A stretch of DNA of 64,000 bases. Origin: Promethearchaeota archaeon (GTDB taxonomy: Archaea; Asgardarchaeota; Lokiarchaeia; Sigyniarchaeales; SOKP01). The position numbers and the translations under genes are program-made. Positions 1-10,733 of the stretch are shown one piece after another. Each line of letters begins with the position of its first letter. Position 1 is the stretch's first letter. The notes beneath the pieces were generated by a model that was given only the letters and a program-made list of their open reading frames with translations, searched no databases and had not been told where the DNA came from. The stretch covers positions 64,001-128,000 of the forward strand of contig JAHPZI010000030.1 of NCBI GenBank assembly GCA_019058295.1, written 5' to 3'.

Positions 1-36
1 AGTTACTGAATCTCTGAATTTTCAAGGTTTTAAAAG

Positions 37-720
37 ATGAATTCTATTAAGCTAGATCTTCATGTACATACATGTTATTCGGGAGATTCTCTAATTAAAC
101 CAAAAGACGTTGTTAACTATGTTAAATTAAAAGGCTTAGATGGCTTCGCAATAACGGATCATCAAACTTTAAGAGGTTATAAGTTTTCAAAAGAAATAGG
201 TCGTAATAAAGATATCATTGTTATCCCAGGTATGGAAATTAATACCAATATTGGAGAAATTATAATTCTCTTTATTGAAGATGATATTAAATTTAATGAT
301 AATAATTTTAATACTATTGTCGAGAAAGTAAAAGATAATAATGGCCTAATCGTAATCCCTCATCCCTTTGATTTTTTGAGAGATAATAGGCTAAAAATGA
401 ATCTCTTAAATGATAATATTATCAATAAATTTATTGATGGTATAGAAATTATAAATTCACGAATTATCTTTAAAAAATGTATTACCAAAGCAAAAAATTT
501 TAATAAAAAATATAATCTATTTGAAACTGGCGGTTCTGATGCTCATACTTTAAAGGAAATTGGAAATGGTTACACATTAATTCGAGATGCTGATAAATCC
601 TTCGAAAGTATCAAAAACTGCCTATTAGAGAAAAAATCAAGGAGTATGGGAGTGCTTTCAAGTCCTCTTGTCCATGCTAAAACCGTGTTCAATAAACTAA
701 AAAAAGGACTCTACTTTTAA
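37..720 (+). CDS. PHP-domain metal-dependent phosphoesterase
   Basis: DLHVHTCYSGDS, AITDH, PGMEI, PHPF and GGSDAH motifs of the PHP family. Confidence 0.9.
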   Translation: MNSIKLDLHVHTCYSGDSLIKPKDVVNYVKLKGLDGFAITDHQTLRGYKFSKEIGRNKDIIVIPGMEINTNIGEIIILFIEDDIKFNDNNFNTIVEKVKDNNGLIVIPHPFDFLRDNRLKMNLLNDNIINKFIDGIEIINSRIIFKKCITKAKNFNKKYNLFETGGSDAHTLKEIGNGYTLIRDADKSFESIKNCLLEKKSRSMGVLSSPLVHAKTVFNKLKKGLYF

Positions 721-730
721 TTATATAGTT

Positions 731-1930
731 ATGCCAGAAAAACCTCAAATATTTGTAATAAAAACCTCTCCAAAAACAGTTCTAGAGGACTATGCAAAAT
801 TAATGCATATGGCTGAATATCAAAAACATTTTCCAAAAAATCTCCAGACGCTAATCAAACTCAACCTTAGTTGGTCTAAGTTCTTTCCGTCGTGTTCTAG
901 CCCCCCATGGCAAGTAGAAGGTGTTCTAAAAGCTATGATAGAAGATGGTTATGACCCAAAAAAGCTTTTTACAGCAGAAAATCGCACCGTTGTAACTAAC
1001 ATCGCGAAAGGTCTAGAAGGTAATAAATGGAAACCAATTATCAAAAAATACGGTACTTGGTTTGTGCCTTTAACTAAAATCCCCTTCATACCTTATAATG
1101 ATCAGTTAAGGTCAAAATTTGAATCATTTAAAGATAAAGAATTACACGTGTTAGATTCAAAAATTTTTCCAAAAGGGTTCAGAATTCCGGAATTTTATTT
1201 AGGAAAACCAATTATTCACTTACCTACTATGAAGACTCATGGCCATACGGGAGCTATTGGTGGCTCTTTAAAAGATACAAGAGATGAGTTGAAAAATGGT
1301 GGAATTACATGTGCGATGAAAAATGCATTTGGTGGGCTTTTGACCAAAAGACGTCATTTTAGTCATCAATATATATCCGAAGTATTAGTCGATCTACTAA
1401 TTATTCAAAAACAGATACATCCTGAAATAATGGCAATTGTAGATGGAACTGTTTGCGGTGATGGTGCTGGTCCAAGAACAATGATTCCACGAATTAAGAA
1501 TTATTTACTTGCGGGATATGACCAGGTTGCTGTTGATGCAGTTGTTGCAAAAATGTTAGGATTTGATCCTCTTAAGTTACCCGCTATAAAAATTGCTCAT
1601 GATGAGGGTTTAGGCTGCGGAGATTTAAAACAAATTGAAATAATTGGGGAAGACTTATCTGAGGTTAATTGGAATTTTAAAGTAAAACGCAGTTTGGTAA
1701 TTTGGGGTGATCAGATGGTAAGAAAAGGAAAACTATCCTTTTTACATCCGATGATGCATAATAAGCTTTTTATGGCTTTACCTATTTTAGGCTCACTCGT
1801 TTATCATGATATGTTTTGGTACCCAACTATCGGTAAAAAAAGGATAAAAGAGTTTATGAAGACAAGTTGGGGAAAAATGTTTCAAAATTATCCTGCGAAA
1901 ACTCAAGGCGTAATTAACAAACAGAACTAA
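731..1930 (+). CDS. DUF362 family protein
   Basis: LIKLNLSW, LPTMKTH...AMKNAFGG, DGTVCGDGAGP and DQVAVDAV motifs. Confidence 0.8.
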   Translation: MPEKPQIFVIKTSPKTVLEDYAKLMHMAEYQKHFPKNLQTLIKLNLSWSKFFPSCSSPPWQVEGVLKAMIEDGYDPKKLFTAENRTVVTNIAKGLEGNKWKPIIKKYGTWFVPLTKIPFIPYNDQLRSKFESFKDKELHVLDSKIFPKGFRIPEFYLGKPIIHLPTMKTHGHTGAIGGSLKDTRDELKNGGITCAMKNAFGGLLTKRRHFSHQYISEVLVDLLIIQKQIHPEIMAIVDGTVCGDGAGPRTMIPRIKNYLLAGYDQVAVDAVVAKMLGFDPLKLPAIKIAHDEGLGCGDLKQIEIIGEDLSEVNWNFKVKRSLVIWGDQMVRKGKLSFLHPMMHNKLFMALPILGSLVYHDMFWYPTIGKKRIKEFMKTSWGKMFQNYPAKTQGVINKQN

Positions 1931-2707
1931 TTAAATGATTTCTTTTAACCACTTAATTTTATCAAAATCTAATCTTTTATCAATTCTATAATGGATAAAA
2001 AATTCAATTGATCCTCCTTTTCCTAAAAGAGGAGATCTCATAATTCCATATGGAAATACATTGTTTTGGATACTCCACTCTATTATTTCTCCTAATATTT
2101 GTTTTAATTTTTCGAAATCTGTAATAATTTTAAATTTCTCTATCTCATGAAATTCAGTTTCAAAGAGAGGTTTGATTAAAACTATGATGTTTCCATCTTT
2201 TTTCAAGTAACATTTTACATTAGGAAGGATTGCTCTTATTGATGTGAATGTAACATCAATAGTACAAATATCAACTTTTTCAGCTAATTCTTTCAAATTA
2301 CGGGCGTCGATTCCTAGCATTGGAACAACTTTATTTTTCATCTTTTCACATCTTAAAGAGGGATGAAGAAGATCTTCGGCTGTATCAATTGCGTATACTT
2401 TTGAAGCACCATGCTTTAAAAGACAGTCAGTAAAACCCCCAACACTCGCTCCAACATCAGCACAAAATTTATTTTCAACTGATATTGAAAATTCTTTAAT
2501 CGCTGCTTCTAGTTTAAGCCCCCCTCGCCCAACATAAGGAAATTCTTTTTTTAGACGAATATCGCCCCTGTTATCTACTCTTTTTCCAGGTTTTTTTATT
2601 TCTAAACCATTCACAAGAACATATCCATTTCTAATTAACCAATGCGCTTTTGTACGACTTTCTGTAAGACGCCTTTCTACGAGTAAAATATCCAAACGTT
2701 CTTTCAT
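1931..2707 (-). CDS. tlyA: TlyA-family rRNA 2'-O-methyltransferase (S4 + FtsJ-like domains)
   Basis: KERLDILLVER S4 domain, YVGRGGLKL, DVGASVGGFTDCLL, LIKPLFE. Confidence 0.9.
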   Translation of the reverse strand: MKERLDILLVERRLTESRTKAHWLIRNGYVLVNGLEIKKPGKRVDNRGDIRLKKEFPYVGRGGLKLEAAIKEFSISVENKFCADVGASVGGFTDCLLKHGASKVYAIDTAEDLLHPSLRCEKMKNKVVPMLGIDARNLKELAEKVDICTIDVTFTSIRAILPNVKCYLKKDGNIIVLIKPLFETEFHEIEKFKIITDFEKLKQILGEIIEWSIQNNVFPYGIMRSPLLGKGGSIEFFIHYRIDKRLDFDKIKWLKEII

Positions 2708-2793
2708 TCTATAATTAAATTTTTTTTAAAAATATGTCAATATTTAAATAAAGTGTTAGGAGTTTAAATCTATTATATGAAATTTACCTATAT

Positions 2794-3300
2794 ATGGATA
2801 GTCTACTAGAAGAGAGATCTTTTTTAACTCAGAAAGTGAAAATTAAAAAAAAATACTCAAATAAAGAAATTCAATTTCATCACTTTTTTCATCAAAATAC
2901 TAAAATTTTTCCTGAAAACGTCATAATTCATAATCAATTTATTTTCTTTTTTGTAAAAAGCGAAGATTATTTTAAAGCAAAACGAGTATTGAAAACATTA
3001 AGAACACAATTAATTGATAAAAAAATTTTAATTATTCGATCTGAGACAACATTAATAAAATTACTGTTTAGCTTTTTTCCCGACACTTATATTCACGACA
3101 TTACTTTAAACGTCGTGGAAAATACTGGAAAGAGGTTGGTTAAAATAATTTTTTTATTTTATGAAGATAGAGGTATAGCAATCGGTCGTAGTGGAGATTA
3201 TATTAATGTTATTAATTATCTCTTTAAAAAGTATATTATTTTAGAAAAATTTAATACTTCAATAGAAATAAAATGTGAAATTATCGATTTAGAATATTAA
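2794..3300 (+). CDS. KH-domain protein, divergent archaeal NusA-like
   Basis: C-terminal DRGIAIGRSGDYI KH (GxxG) motif; size similar to archaeal NusA. Confidence 0.55.
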   Translation: MDSLLEERSFLTQKVKIKKKYSNKEIQFHHFFHQNTKIFPENVIIHNQFIFFFVKSEDYFKAKRVLKTLRTQLIDKKILIIRSETTLIKLLFSFFPDTYIHDITLNVVENTGKRLVKIIFLFYEDRGIAIGRSGDYINVINYLFKKYIILEKFNTSIEIKCEIIDLEY

Positions 3301-3310
3301 ATATACTAAC

Positions 3311-4435
3311 CTACTCCTTACTACTTTGTAACTCTTTCTTTAATGCTACCACATCAATATGTTCAAGTTGGCATGCTAAAAATATTGCCACTTTACCCAT
3401 TTGTACTTTTATAGAGAATTTTGATCTCCATCGTCTATAAATCACCCTCAAAGCTAATCCCATTAAAACCACTGTGGTGGTATAAGCTATAAAAAAATAG
3501 AATATATTTAGCTGACGAAAAAATAGGAAAAATAATATATTATGTCCTAAATAAACTGTAAGAGAATAGTATGAGAAGTAATATGAGAACTTATAACTTT
3601 TCTTTGTATCAAAATAACCATATACTTCAAAGATTAAGAAAATTAACATAACAAATACAATAAGAGATATCGAAAAAGGTACCCAAGCAAATGGATAATC
3701 TATCCAAAAAAATTCACCTATAAATATTGCGCCTAGAGTAAATAAAACTGGACAAATTATACATGAAGGAATTAAAAACTTATTTCTTAAAGCTAATCTT
3801 CTTTTAGCAATATCTTCTATTTGAAATAATTCAAAGAGTAGATCTCCGAAAACAGTACCTAATAAATAAAATGCATAAGAGATTAAAATTGGATATAAAA
3901 ATAATGGGTGATAAAAAATATGAAATAATACTCCATAGATGTTTAATTGCCCTTTATATGGCCATAAAATAGTGACCATAATTTGATTAATAATTATAAT
4001 AACAAATACATAAATTAATCTAAAGAGTTTTGAAGTTCTAAAGAATGGATACGACAATAACATTGAAAAAGCAAGAGAAAATAAAATAAACCATGCCCAT
4101 ATCCATGTAAAATCGTAGACTCCAATTGCAACAAAAAGGTTATAAATAACAGCAATAACCAATAATATTAAGGCCCGAAAATGATACTCTTTTTTCATTA
4201 TACGAGCATTATAATTCTCTAATTCTTTAGCGTTGATTGAAGCATTCCGATACCATATCATTATACTTATACCAGAGATCCATATAAAAGCTGGCCCAAA
4301 AATTCGATCAATTAGAAGTCTAGAAATGGCAATAAACCATGCATCTTCCGTTCTAAGCCACCATGTACGTAAATGAACCCATACCATACCGAGCATAATC
4401 AAGCCACGATAAATGTCTAGACTCTTTATTCTCAT
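3311..4435 (-). CDS. DUF1624/HGSNAT-like membrane acyltransferase, paralog 1
   Basis: RIKSLDIYRGLIM N-terminal motif, about 10 TM segments, YSLTVYLGH. Confidence 0.75.
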   Translation of the reverse strand: MRIKSLDIYRGLIMLGMVWVHLRTWWLRTEDAWFIAISRLLIDRIFGPAFIWISGISIMIWYRNASINAKELENYNARIMKKEYHFRALILLVIAVIYNLFVAIGVYDFTWIWAWFILFSLAFSMLLSYPFFRTSKLFRLIYVFVIIIINQIMVTILWPYKGQLNIYGVLFHIFYHPLFLYPILISYAFYLLGTVFGDLLFELFQIEDIAKRRLALRNKFLIPSCIICPVLFTLGAIFIGEFFWIDYPFAWVPFSISLIVFVMLIFLIFEVYGYFDTKKSYKFSYYFSYYSLTVYLGHNILFFLFFRQLNIFYFFIAYTTTVVLMGLALRVIYRRWRSKFSIKVQMGKVAIFLACQLEHIDVVALKKELQSSKE

Positions 4436-4487
4436 TACTTAAAATCTACTTCTTTAATTTAAGTTGTTTATAAAAAAATAATCTACT

Positions 4488-5606
4488 TTAGCTTTTATAA
4501 TACTTACTAAAATGTTTTTTTTTTACCTTTTTTTCTTCAATTTTTATCGCTAGCCCACTTGCTAATTTTCCTAGTTGAGCTTTTAAAGAAGCCTTATAAC
4601 CCCATTTTTTGTATATAAAACTGAAAATTAAACCAATGATAATAAATGTCACCGATATATAAATCCAAATTTCAAATTTATTTAATTGACGGTAAAATAA
4701 GAAGTATAGTACGTTATGGGCTAAATAAATAATCAGAGAATAATAAGAATAGTAGAATAGAAATTTATAGCTTTTTTCGGTTTTGTAAAATAAAAATTCC
4801 TCAAAAAACAATAAAACTGATAATAGAGTTAATTGTATTCCTAAAGCATATATTAACCAAATATAACTCCGATTTTTTGGAGGAAATTTAAAAGAAATAC
4901 TATATATTATGAGAATTGGTCCTATTATCATTAAAGGAAGTAAAACTTTTTTCATTAAAGCTGATTTCCTCTCTTTTTGATTTTCTATATTATATAAATC
5001 GAATAATAATTCTCCCAAAACCGTTCCAAATAAGAAAAAGGGAAACATAGGTAATATTGGATCAAGACTCCAATTATTATATAAAATATGGTATAGTACT
5101 CCAAAGTAATTAGAATCATTTCGAAATGGGTATAATGTTTCAAATACGACTATATGTACAATCCAAAAGAGTATTCCAAGAAAGATCCTGAATAATTTGG
5201 GAGTTTTCAACAACGGCCACCCAATAAATAATGAAATAGCAACCGTCAATAAAATAAACCATGTCCAGATCATATACACATCACTGGTTCCTATAGCTAC
5301 AAATACATTATACATCAAAGCGACGATTAAAATGAAAAAGGCTCTTAAAAAATATTCATTTCTCATGCGATTTTTTGTATATCCATCCGATATTTCAATT
5401 TTGGCAATTCTATTATTATATGAAATTGCTGTGCTAATTCCTGAAACAAATAGGAATGCGGCAGCTCCTATAGGATCTAAAATATCAAATATTAGAAGAT
5501 AAAACCATCTATCCTTGTCTCTTATCCACCAAGCGAGCAGATGGCCGATCATCATCCATGTCATTGACAGCCCTCTTAAAATATCGATACTCTTGATACG
5601 TTTCAT
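4488..5606 (-). CDS. DUF1624/HGSNAT-like membrane acyltransferase, paralog 2
   Basis: KRIKSIDILRGL, FLFVSGIS, YSLIIYLAH; clearly paralogous to the adjacent gene. Confidence 0.75.
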   Translation of the reverse strand: MKRIKSIDILRGLSMTWMMIGHLLAWWIRDKDRWFYLLIFDILDPIGAAAFLFVSGISTAISYNNRIAKIEISDGYTKNRMRNEYFLRAFFILIVALMYNVFVAIGTSDVYMIWTWFILLTVAISLFIGWPLLKTPKLFRIFLGILFWIVHIVVFETLYPFRNDSNYFGVLYHILYNNWSLDPILPMFPFFLFGTVLGELLFDLYNIENQKERKSALMKKVLLPLMIIGPILIIYSISFKFPPKNRSYIWLIYALGIQLTLLSVLLFFEEFLFYKTEKSYKFLFYYSYYSLIIYLAHNVLYFLFYRQLNKFEIWIYISVTFIIIGLIFSFIYKKWGYKASLKAQLGKLASGLAIKIEEKKVKKKHFSKYYKS

Positions 5607-5617
5607 AATTTTAACTC

Positions 5618-6457
5618 CTAATATTTAAGGTTTTTTAATATATCTGTTGATTCACTAAGAGAGAGTTCTCCATTTAATACTTTTTCTGCTATTTCACTAA
5701 ACGTTAATATATTGTTTGAATTTTCACTATTCTCTGCTAACAAATTCTGCTTATTTAGTTTCTTTGAATTGATGTATTTAATATCATTTTGAAAGCTTAG
5801 TATATTTACTTCAACTCCATCTCTAAAAGATAATACTAATGCTGAAGCCTCATGCTTAGGAATCTTTCTCTTCTTTTTATAAATTTTTATTTTTGACGAT
5901 TTTGATTCATCAATTAAATAGAATTTCATATTAGCTCGATTTTTAAAAAGACTATAAATGCTATTAATTAAATTTCTAGTCATTGGAAGAATCCCTTTAC
6001 CAAATTTAAACTTCAAACTTATTAAATCATCTGTTTTCTGGAGACCTTGCACATAATCTTTGATTTTTATTATTAAATCTTCTTTATTATAAATTGTATG
6101 AGAATTTAGATAATAATCATCTAGATAAATTAGTAATCCAATGTGCTTAGTACCGGGATCAATAGAAAAAATTAAATTAGAATATTGTTCTTTATATCCG
6201 ATTCGATATGATGCAATTACTTTTAACATATATTGATTAAAATCATCATTTTCATCGTAGGATAGAATGACAACCTTTCTATTCGGACTTTTAATTCTTT
6301 CAAGTTCCTTAACAGTTGTAATAATAATACAAGGAATACTTGGAATTTTATCGCCAAAATTTAAAATTTTAAATTTGATCTTAAGCTTATTTAATTCCCT
6401 ATTTACTAAATAAAAGAAATTTAAATTCTCGGAATATATAAAAATGTTATTTCTCAA
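5618..6457 (-). CDS. RNase H-fold (YqgF/RuvC-like) domain protein
   Basis: FSIDPGTKHIG first acidic motif, IDESKSS, HEASA. Confidence 0.55.
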   Translation of the reverse strand: MRNNIFIYSENLNFFYLVNRELNKLKIKFKILNFGDKIPSIPCIIITTVKELERIKSPNRKVVILSYDENDDFNQYMLKVIASYRIGYKEQYSNLIFSIDPGTKHIGLLIYLDDYYLNSHTIYNKEDLIIKIKDYVQGLQKTDDLISLKFKFGKGILPMTRNLINSIYSLFKNRANMKFYLIDESKSSKIKIYKKKRKIPKHEASALVLSFRDGVEVNILSFQNDIKYINSKKLNKQNLLAENSENSNNILTFSEIAEKVLNGELSLSESTDILKNLKY

Positions 6458-6498
6458 TGTTATTTATAAATATTAAATAAAATTAAAATATTTTAATA

Positions 6499-7179
6499 AT
6501 GAACATTTTCCCAAGATTAAGTGAGATTATTGAATCGCCTGAGGGAATTATTTCTGTTTGGGGTGATTTTGGAGTTGGTAAAACTACATTCGCGCTTCAA
6601 ACAGCTATAAATATGTCAATTCAAGGAAATAAAGTTATTTACATATATAGTAAACCAAGTTTTCCCTCTGTAAGGATAGGAAATATTCTCAAGGATAATC
6701 AAAAAAAAGTACTTGATAATATTGTATTTATAAGAACTACAGATTTCACAGACTTATATAATATCATTTTTAATTTAGAGTTTTTAATTTTAGATAATTT
6801 AAAAGAGAAAGCCAATTCATTTGGCCTTATTATTATAGATTCTATAACTGATTTATATCGACTAGAATTAACTAGAGAGAAAAAAGAAAAGAATGTTAGT
6901 CTTAATTTTCAATTAAATCAGATTTTAGCGAATTTATCATACATATTTGAAACTTATGGCATCGAAGTTTTAGTTGTAAACGAATTAACTCGAAAAAGTC
7001 ACAACGACCAAACTGAAGAAGTTCAAAGCGGTGGGAATGTTATGGATTTCTGGGTCTCATATTCTATTAAAATCGAAAGAACAGAAAGATTAAATCTAAG
7101 AAACTTGACCGTAAGAAAACATCGAGAGAATAAAGAATTTGAATTATCATCCATTTTAACTAACAATGGATTTGAGTAA
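6499..7179 (+). CDS. RadB-like RecA-family ATPase
   Basis: Walker A GDFGVGKT, Walker B LIIIDS, VLVVNE; 226 aa core only. Confidence 0.75.
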   Translation: MNIFPRLSEIIESPEGIISVWGDFGVGKTTFALQTAINMSIQGNKVIYIYSKPSFPSVRIGNILKDNQKKVLDNIVFIRTTDFTDLYNIIFNLEFLILDNLKEKANSFGLIIIDSITDLYRLELTREKKEKNVSLNFQLNQILANLSYIFETYGIEVLVVNELTRKSHNDQTEEVQSGGNVMDFWVSYSIKIERTERLNLRNLTVRKHRENKEFELSSILTNNGFE

Positions 7180-7212
7180 TGTTAAAGAAAATTATCAATC
7201 AATATTCTGTAT

Positions 7213-8457
7213 TTGAAAATGGATAAAAAAGAAATTTTTTTAAAAAACGATTTTACGCTAATTAAAGAAGGTTCTGCAAATTTTTACATTCATGTTGCTG
7301 ATATTCCATCAAAATCAATGAAAGTTTTTTACAATAAAAAGATGGAAATTAATCGTGATCTCTCCTGTTTGGCTGTTAATGCGTATAGACATTTATTTAA
7401 TCAAAAGAACCTCGTTATTGTAGATTGTATGGCAGCTTCTGGAATCAGCTCTCTTAGAATGATAAAAGAGTGTAATGATATAAAAAAGATTTTCATTAAC
7501 GATATAAATCCAGTAGCAGTTGATTTAATACATAAAAATATTAAACTTAATAAAATAAATGGAAAATCTCCTGAAATAATAATAAGTCAAAAAGACGCAA
7601 ATTTATTATTTTCTGAAATAACTCAAAACATATGTTCTCATGTAAAAAATTCACAAAAAAGACCAAATGTTATATCAATTGATCCTTTTGGAACTCCAAA
7701 TCTCTATGTTGATGATGCTTTTAAAGCTATACAAAAAACAAACGGTTTAATGTGTATAACAGCGACCGATACAGCAGTATTATTTGGAGTAAGGCCACAG
7801 GCTTGCATTAGAAAATATATGTCTAAACCTCTTCACACTGAATATTGCAAAGAAATTGGCGCACGGATTTTAGTTCATTTCATTGCCCGCTTAGCAAATA
7901 TCAATAAACTAGGGATCATTCCGATTTTAACTTTTTATTCAAATCATTTTATTAGAGTTTTCGCTTTAACCATAAAAAATAAAAAAGAGATCTCTAAAAA
8001 TTTCATTAATTATGGATTTGTTATTCACTGCAATAAATGCGAATATCGTAAAATAATTCAAAATAATGTGTTAAAAATGCCTCATGAATGTCCAAATTGC
8101 GGTGAAAAGGAAAAATTAAATTATGCAGGCCCTCTATGGGTTGGAAAACTTCATGATGATCTTTTCATTAAGGAAATTTTAAATTTAAATAGTAAATTTA
8201 GTTATTCTAATCAAAAAAAATTAGATAAAATTCTTAATTTTGCCTTAGATGAGATTAAAATGCCCGCTCTATATTATAACATACACAAATTAAGTCAGAA
8301 ATTAAAGCTTCAAAAAGTTCCAAAAATGGAAGATCTTTTAAAAATAATTACGAAACAAGGTTATAGAGGTTCAAGAACTCATTTTGACTTTACATCAATA
8401 AAATCTGATATGAATTTAAAGCTTCTTAAAGAGTTATTATTAGAAAAGTATAGTTAA
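7213..8457 (+). CDS. trm1: tRNA (guanine26-N2)-dimethyltransferase Trm1
   Basis: VFYNKKMEINRD, NDINP, IDPFGTP, TATD, E.GARIL, CxxC...CxxC, GPLW, RTHF. Confidence 0.95.
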   Translation: MKMDKKEIFLKNDFTLIKEGSANFYIHVADIPSKSMKVFYNKKMEINRDLSCLAVNAYRHLFNQKNLVIVDCMAASGISSLRMIKECNDIKKIFINDINPVAVDLIHKNIKLNKINGKSPEIIISQKDANLLFSEITQNICSHVKNSQKRPNVISIDPFGTPNLYVDDAFKAIQKTNGLMCITATDTAVLFGVRPQACIRKYMSKPLHTEYCKEIGARILVHFIARLANINKLGIIPILTFYSNHFIRVFALTIKNKKEISKNFINYGFVIHCNKCEYRKIIQNNVLKMPHECPNCGEKEKLNYAGPLWVGKLHDDLFIKEILNLNSKFSYSNQKKLDKILNFALDEIKMPALYYNIHKLSQKLKLQKVPKMEDLLKIITKQGYRGSRTHFDFTSIKSDMNLKLLKELLLEKYS

Positions 8458-9102
8458 ATGGTGAATAAGATATCAAAAAGTCCTAAGTTTCATAAAAGGG
8501 ATCCGGATTATAAAAAAGCTAAAAAAGAAGGATATAGAGCACGTTCAGCCTTTAAATTACTTGATATTCAGAAAAAATTTAATATTTTTAAAAGGGCATT
8601 TTATATTTTAGATATTGGAAGCACACCAGGTTCTTGGCTTCAAGTAGCTAAAAAATTTGCTCAAGAAAATTTAGAAAAATATAATGACGAGCATTATCAT
8701 AGAGATCATTTTAAAATAATGGGTGTTGATACAAAAAAAATAACACCAATAGAGAATGTAAAAATTGTGAAAATGGATGCGACATTACCCGAATTTCAAG
8801 AAGAACTCGTATCATATTTTCACGATAAATTAGATCTTATCCTCTCGGATGCCTCAATTCAGAAATCTGGCAATAAATTCAGCGACCAAATAAGGCAAGT
8901 TAATCTCTGCCATAAAATTCTCAACCTTGCTAAAAGAAATTTAAAATTCAAAGGTTATTTTGTCGTTAAAGTTTTTCAAGGCCAAGATTTTAATATTTTT
9001 CTTAAAACAATAAAAAAATCTCTATATGTAAAATCTTATAAACCTAAATCTTCCCGAAAAAGCAGTAATGAGATTTATTTAATCGGTCAGAAAAAAAAAT
9101 AA
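8458..9102 (+). CDS. rlmE: 23S rRNA 2'-O-methyltransferase RlmE/FtsJ
   Basis: AKKEGYRARSAFKL, DIGSTPGSWLQ, VKVFQG, KPKSSR...EIY. Confidence 0.93.
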   Translation: MVNKISKSPKFHKRDPDYKKAKKEGYRARSAFKLLDIQKKFNIFKRAFYILDIGSTPGSWLQVAKKFAQENLEKYNDEHYHRDHFKIMGVDTKKITPIENVKIVKMDATLPEFQEELVSYFHDKLDLILSDASIQKSGNKFSDQIRQVNLCHKILNLAKRNLKFKGYFVVKVFQGQDFNIFLKTIKKSLYVKSYKPKSSRKSSNEIYLIGQKKK

Positions 9103-9104
9103 AT

Positions 9105-9776
9105 TTAATCTACACCAGATTCCAATCTATCCATAATATCATCAAAGTTAACGTTATACTTTTGTTTTTTCAGTGAAAGGGCAATCCATTGACTAAGGAA
9201 TGGGCAATGTTCTGGATTAAATTGGTCCAAATTTGTATCATTACATTTGTCTATGAACGGACAAATAAAACAAGGTTGACGAGAAAACAAATTCCAAATG
9301 AAATCATCCTCTTTATTATTAATTTTTTGTGCTTTAACTTTAACCTCATTAGAGTAATCTTCGATTGAGCTTATTTTTTTTGTCCAAGAACTACTCACGA
9401 GCTCACGACGAATCTTTATTTTTAATTGCAATGCTAGTATATCTAAAATGTTTTCTAATTCATTACGATTTTTATTAGTAAGTTTTTGAAGATCCTCAAG
9501 ATACAGTGATTTTTGTTTATTAATTATCTCAAGTACCATTTTCTCGTCTTTTCTTAAGGAACGCTTTAAAATCTTTTTTGTTTCCTCCATTCTTTCAATA
9601 TGGCGTTCTACATCGGATTTATCCTCTGTTGCTCCTTCTATCCTCTCCTTAATTTTACATTTGTGCCGACTAAGATATGCAAAGGATTTTCCGCAGTATT
9701 GACAAGTTTCTTTTTTTTTCTTTGCCAATTGCTCAACTCTCTTTATTATGATTTGTATAGTAGTTAATTTTTCCAT
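9105..9776 (-). CDS. TFE-beta / RPC34-like protein (wHTH + C-terminal Fe-S domain) with N-terminal Zn finger
   Basis: C-terminal PCFICPFIDKC...PEHCPFLSQW matches the RPC34/TFEbeta 4Fe-4S motif; central wHTH-like segment; N-terminal CQYCGKSF...HKC. Confidence 0.65.
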   Translation of the reverse strand: MEKLTTIQIIIKRVEQLAKKKKETCQYCGKSFAYLSRHKCKIKERIEGATEDKSDVERHIERMEETKKILKRSLRKDEKMVLEIINKQKSLYLEDLQKLTNKNRNELENILDILALQLKIKIRRELVSSSWTKKISSIEDYSNEVKVKAQKINNKEDDFIWNLFSRQPCFICPFIDKCNDTNLDQFNPEHCPFLSQWIALSLKKQKYNVNFDDIMDRLESGVD

Positions 9777-9896
9777 TTTAATTTTTGCTTTTAATAAATG
9801 TATTCTAAGCAGTATTTTATTGAATTATAGAATTTTATAAATATAGTAAAAATAAATACTATTGTAAACAGATAATAATAGGAGTATAAATTAAAA

Positions 9897-10724
9897 ATGG
9901 ATTTAACTGAAACTTTAAACATCAATAAAGAGAGAGTAATTCCATCAGAGTTTATATTAAATGAAATTCAAAATAGTAAAAATTTACAATATATACTTCC
10001 TTTAGGTTTAAAAAATTTTGATAAATCAATTTTGAATAGAGGATTTCATCCTAATAAAAAATATCTTATTTTTGGAGCAAATAAATCTGGAAAAACTCAA
10101 TTTTGTTATCAAGTTTGTGTTCAAGCGTTTAAGCTTTTTTCAAAAGAGTTAGGTTATTCAAAAAAAGATAATATTAAATTTACCTATTATCTTGATACAG
10201 AGAATACTTTTAGACCAGAGAGAATAAAACAAATCGCAATAGCAATGAATTTGGATTATTTTAAGATATTCAAAAGCATAAATGTGGCAAAATTAATGAG
10301 TAATTATGCTTTACTGCTAAAATTAAAAGAAATAGAAGAACAAGAACAATTACAGAATGTAAGAGTGCTTATAATCGATTCAATCAATAAATATTATAGA
10401 TCTGAACAAGGAAATAAAGAAATTTCATATTATAATACTAGAAAAACTTTTTTAAAAATTTTAAAAATAATTGACGATCTTACTGAGAAATTTAACTTGA
10501 TCACTATAATAACAGCTCAAGTAGCTCCAAATTTTATTGATGACGCAATCATTAGAGATATACCCGTAGGAAATCAGTATTTAAATCATTTTTTCTCAGA
10601 ATACTTATATTTAAGTCTCAAAGCTGATAAAAACTATATTCATCTTCTTAATTCGCAATTGCTCCCTGAGACTAAAGTGTCTTTTAAAATTACAACTAAT
10701 GGAATTGAAGATCTTAAGATTTAG
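9897..10724 (+). CDS. RadA/Rad51 paralog
   Basis: FGANKSGKTQ, YLDTENTFRPERIKQIA, LIIDSI...YRSE, TAQV; lacks the N-terminal HhH domain. Confidence 0.85.
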   Translation: MDLTETLNINKERVIPSEFILNEIQNSKNLQYILPLGLKNFDKSILNRGFHPNKKYLIFGANKSGKTQFCYQVCVQAFKLFSKELGYSKKDNIKFTYYLDTENTFRPERIKQIAIAMNLDYFKIFKSINVAKLMSNYALLLKLKEIEEQEQLQNVRVLIIDSINKYYRSEQGNKEISYYNTRKTFLKILKIIDDLTEKFNLITIITAQVAPNFIDDAIIRDIPVGNQYLNHFFSEYLYLSLKADKNYIHLLNSQLLPETKVSFKITTNGIEDLKI

Positions 10725-10733
10725 CATAATAAA

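Noticed and set aside
1240-1310. About 18-aa apparent insertion after KTHGH in the DUF362 gene as another mRNA intron
   Set aside because: It is in frame with no stop, and only a simple hairpin forms; I could not build BHB geometry. The same applies to small insertions in Trm1, GcvH and the M20 peptidase.
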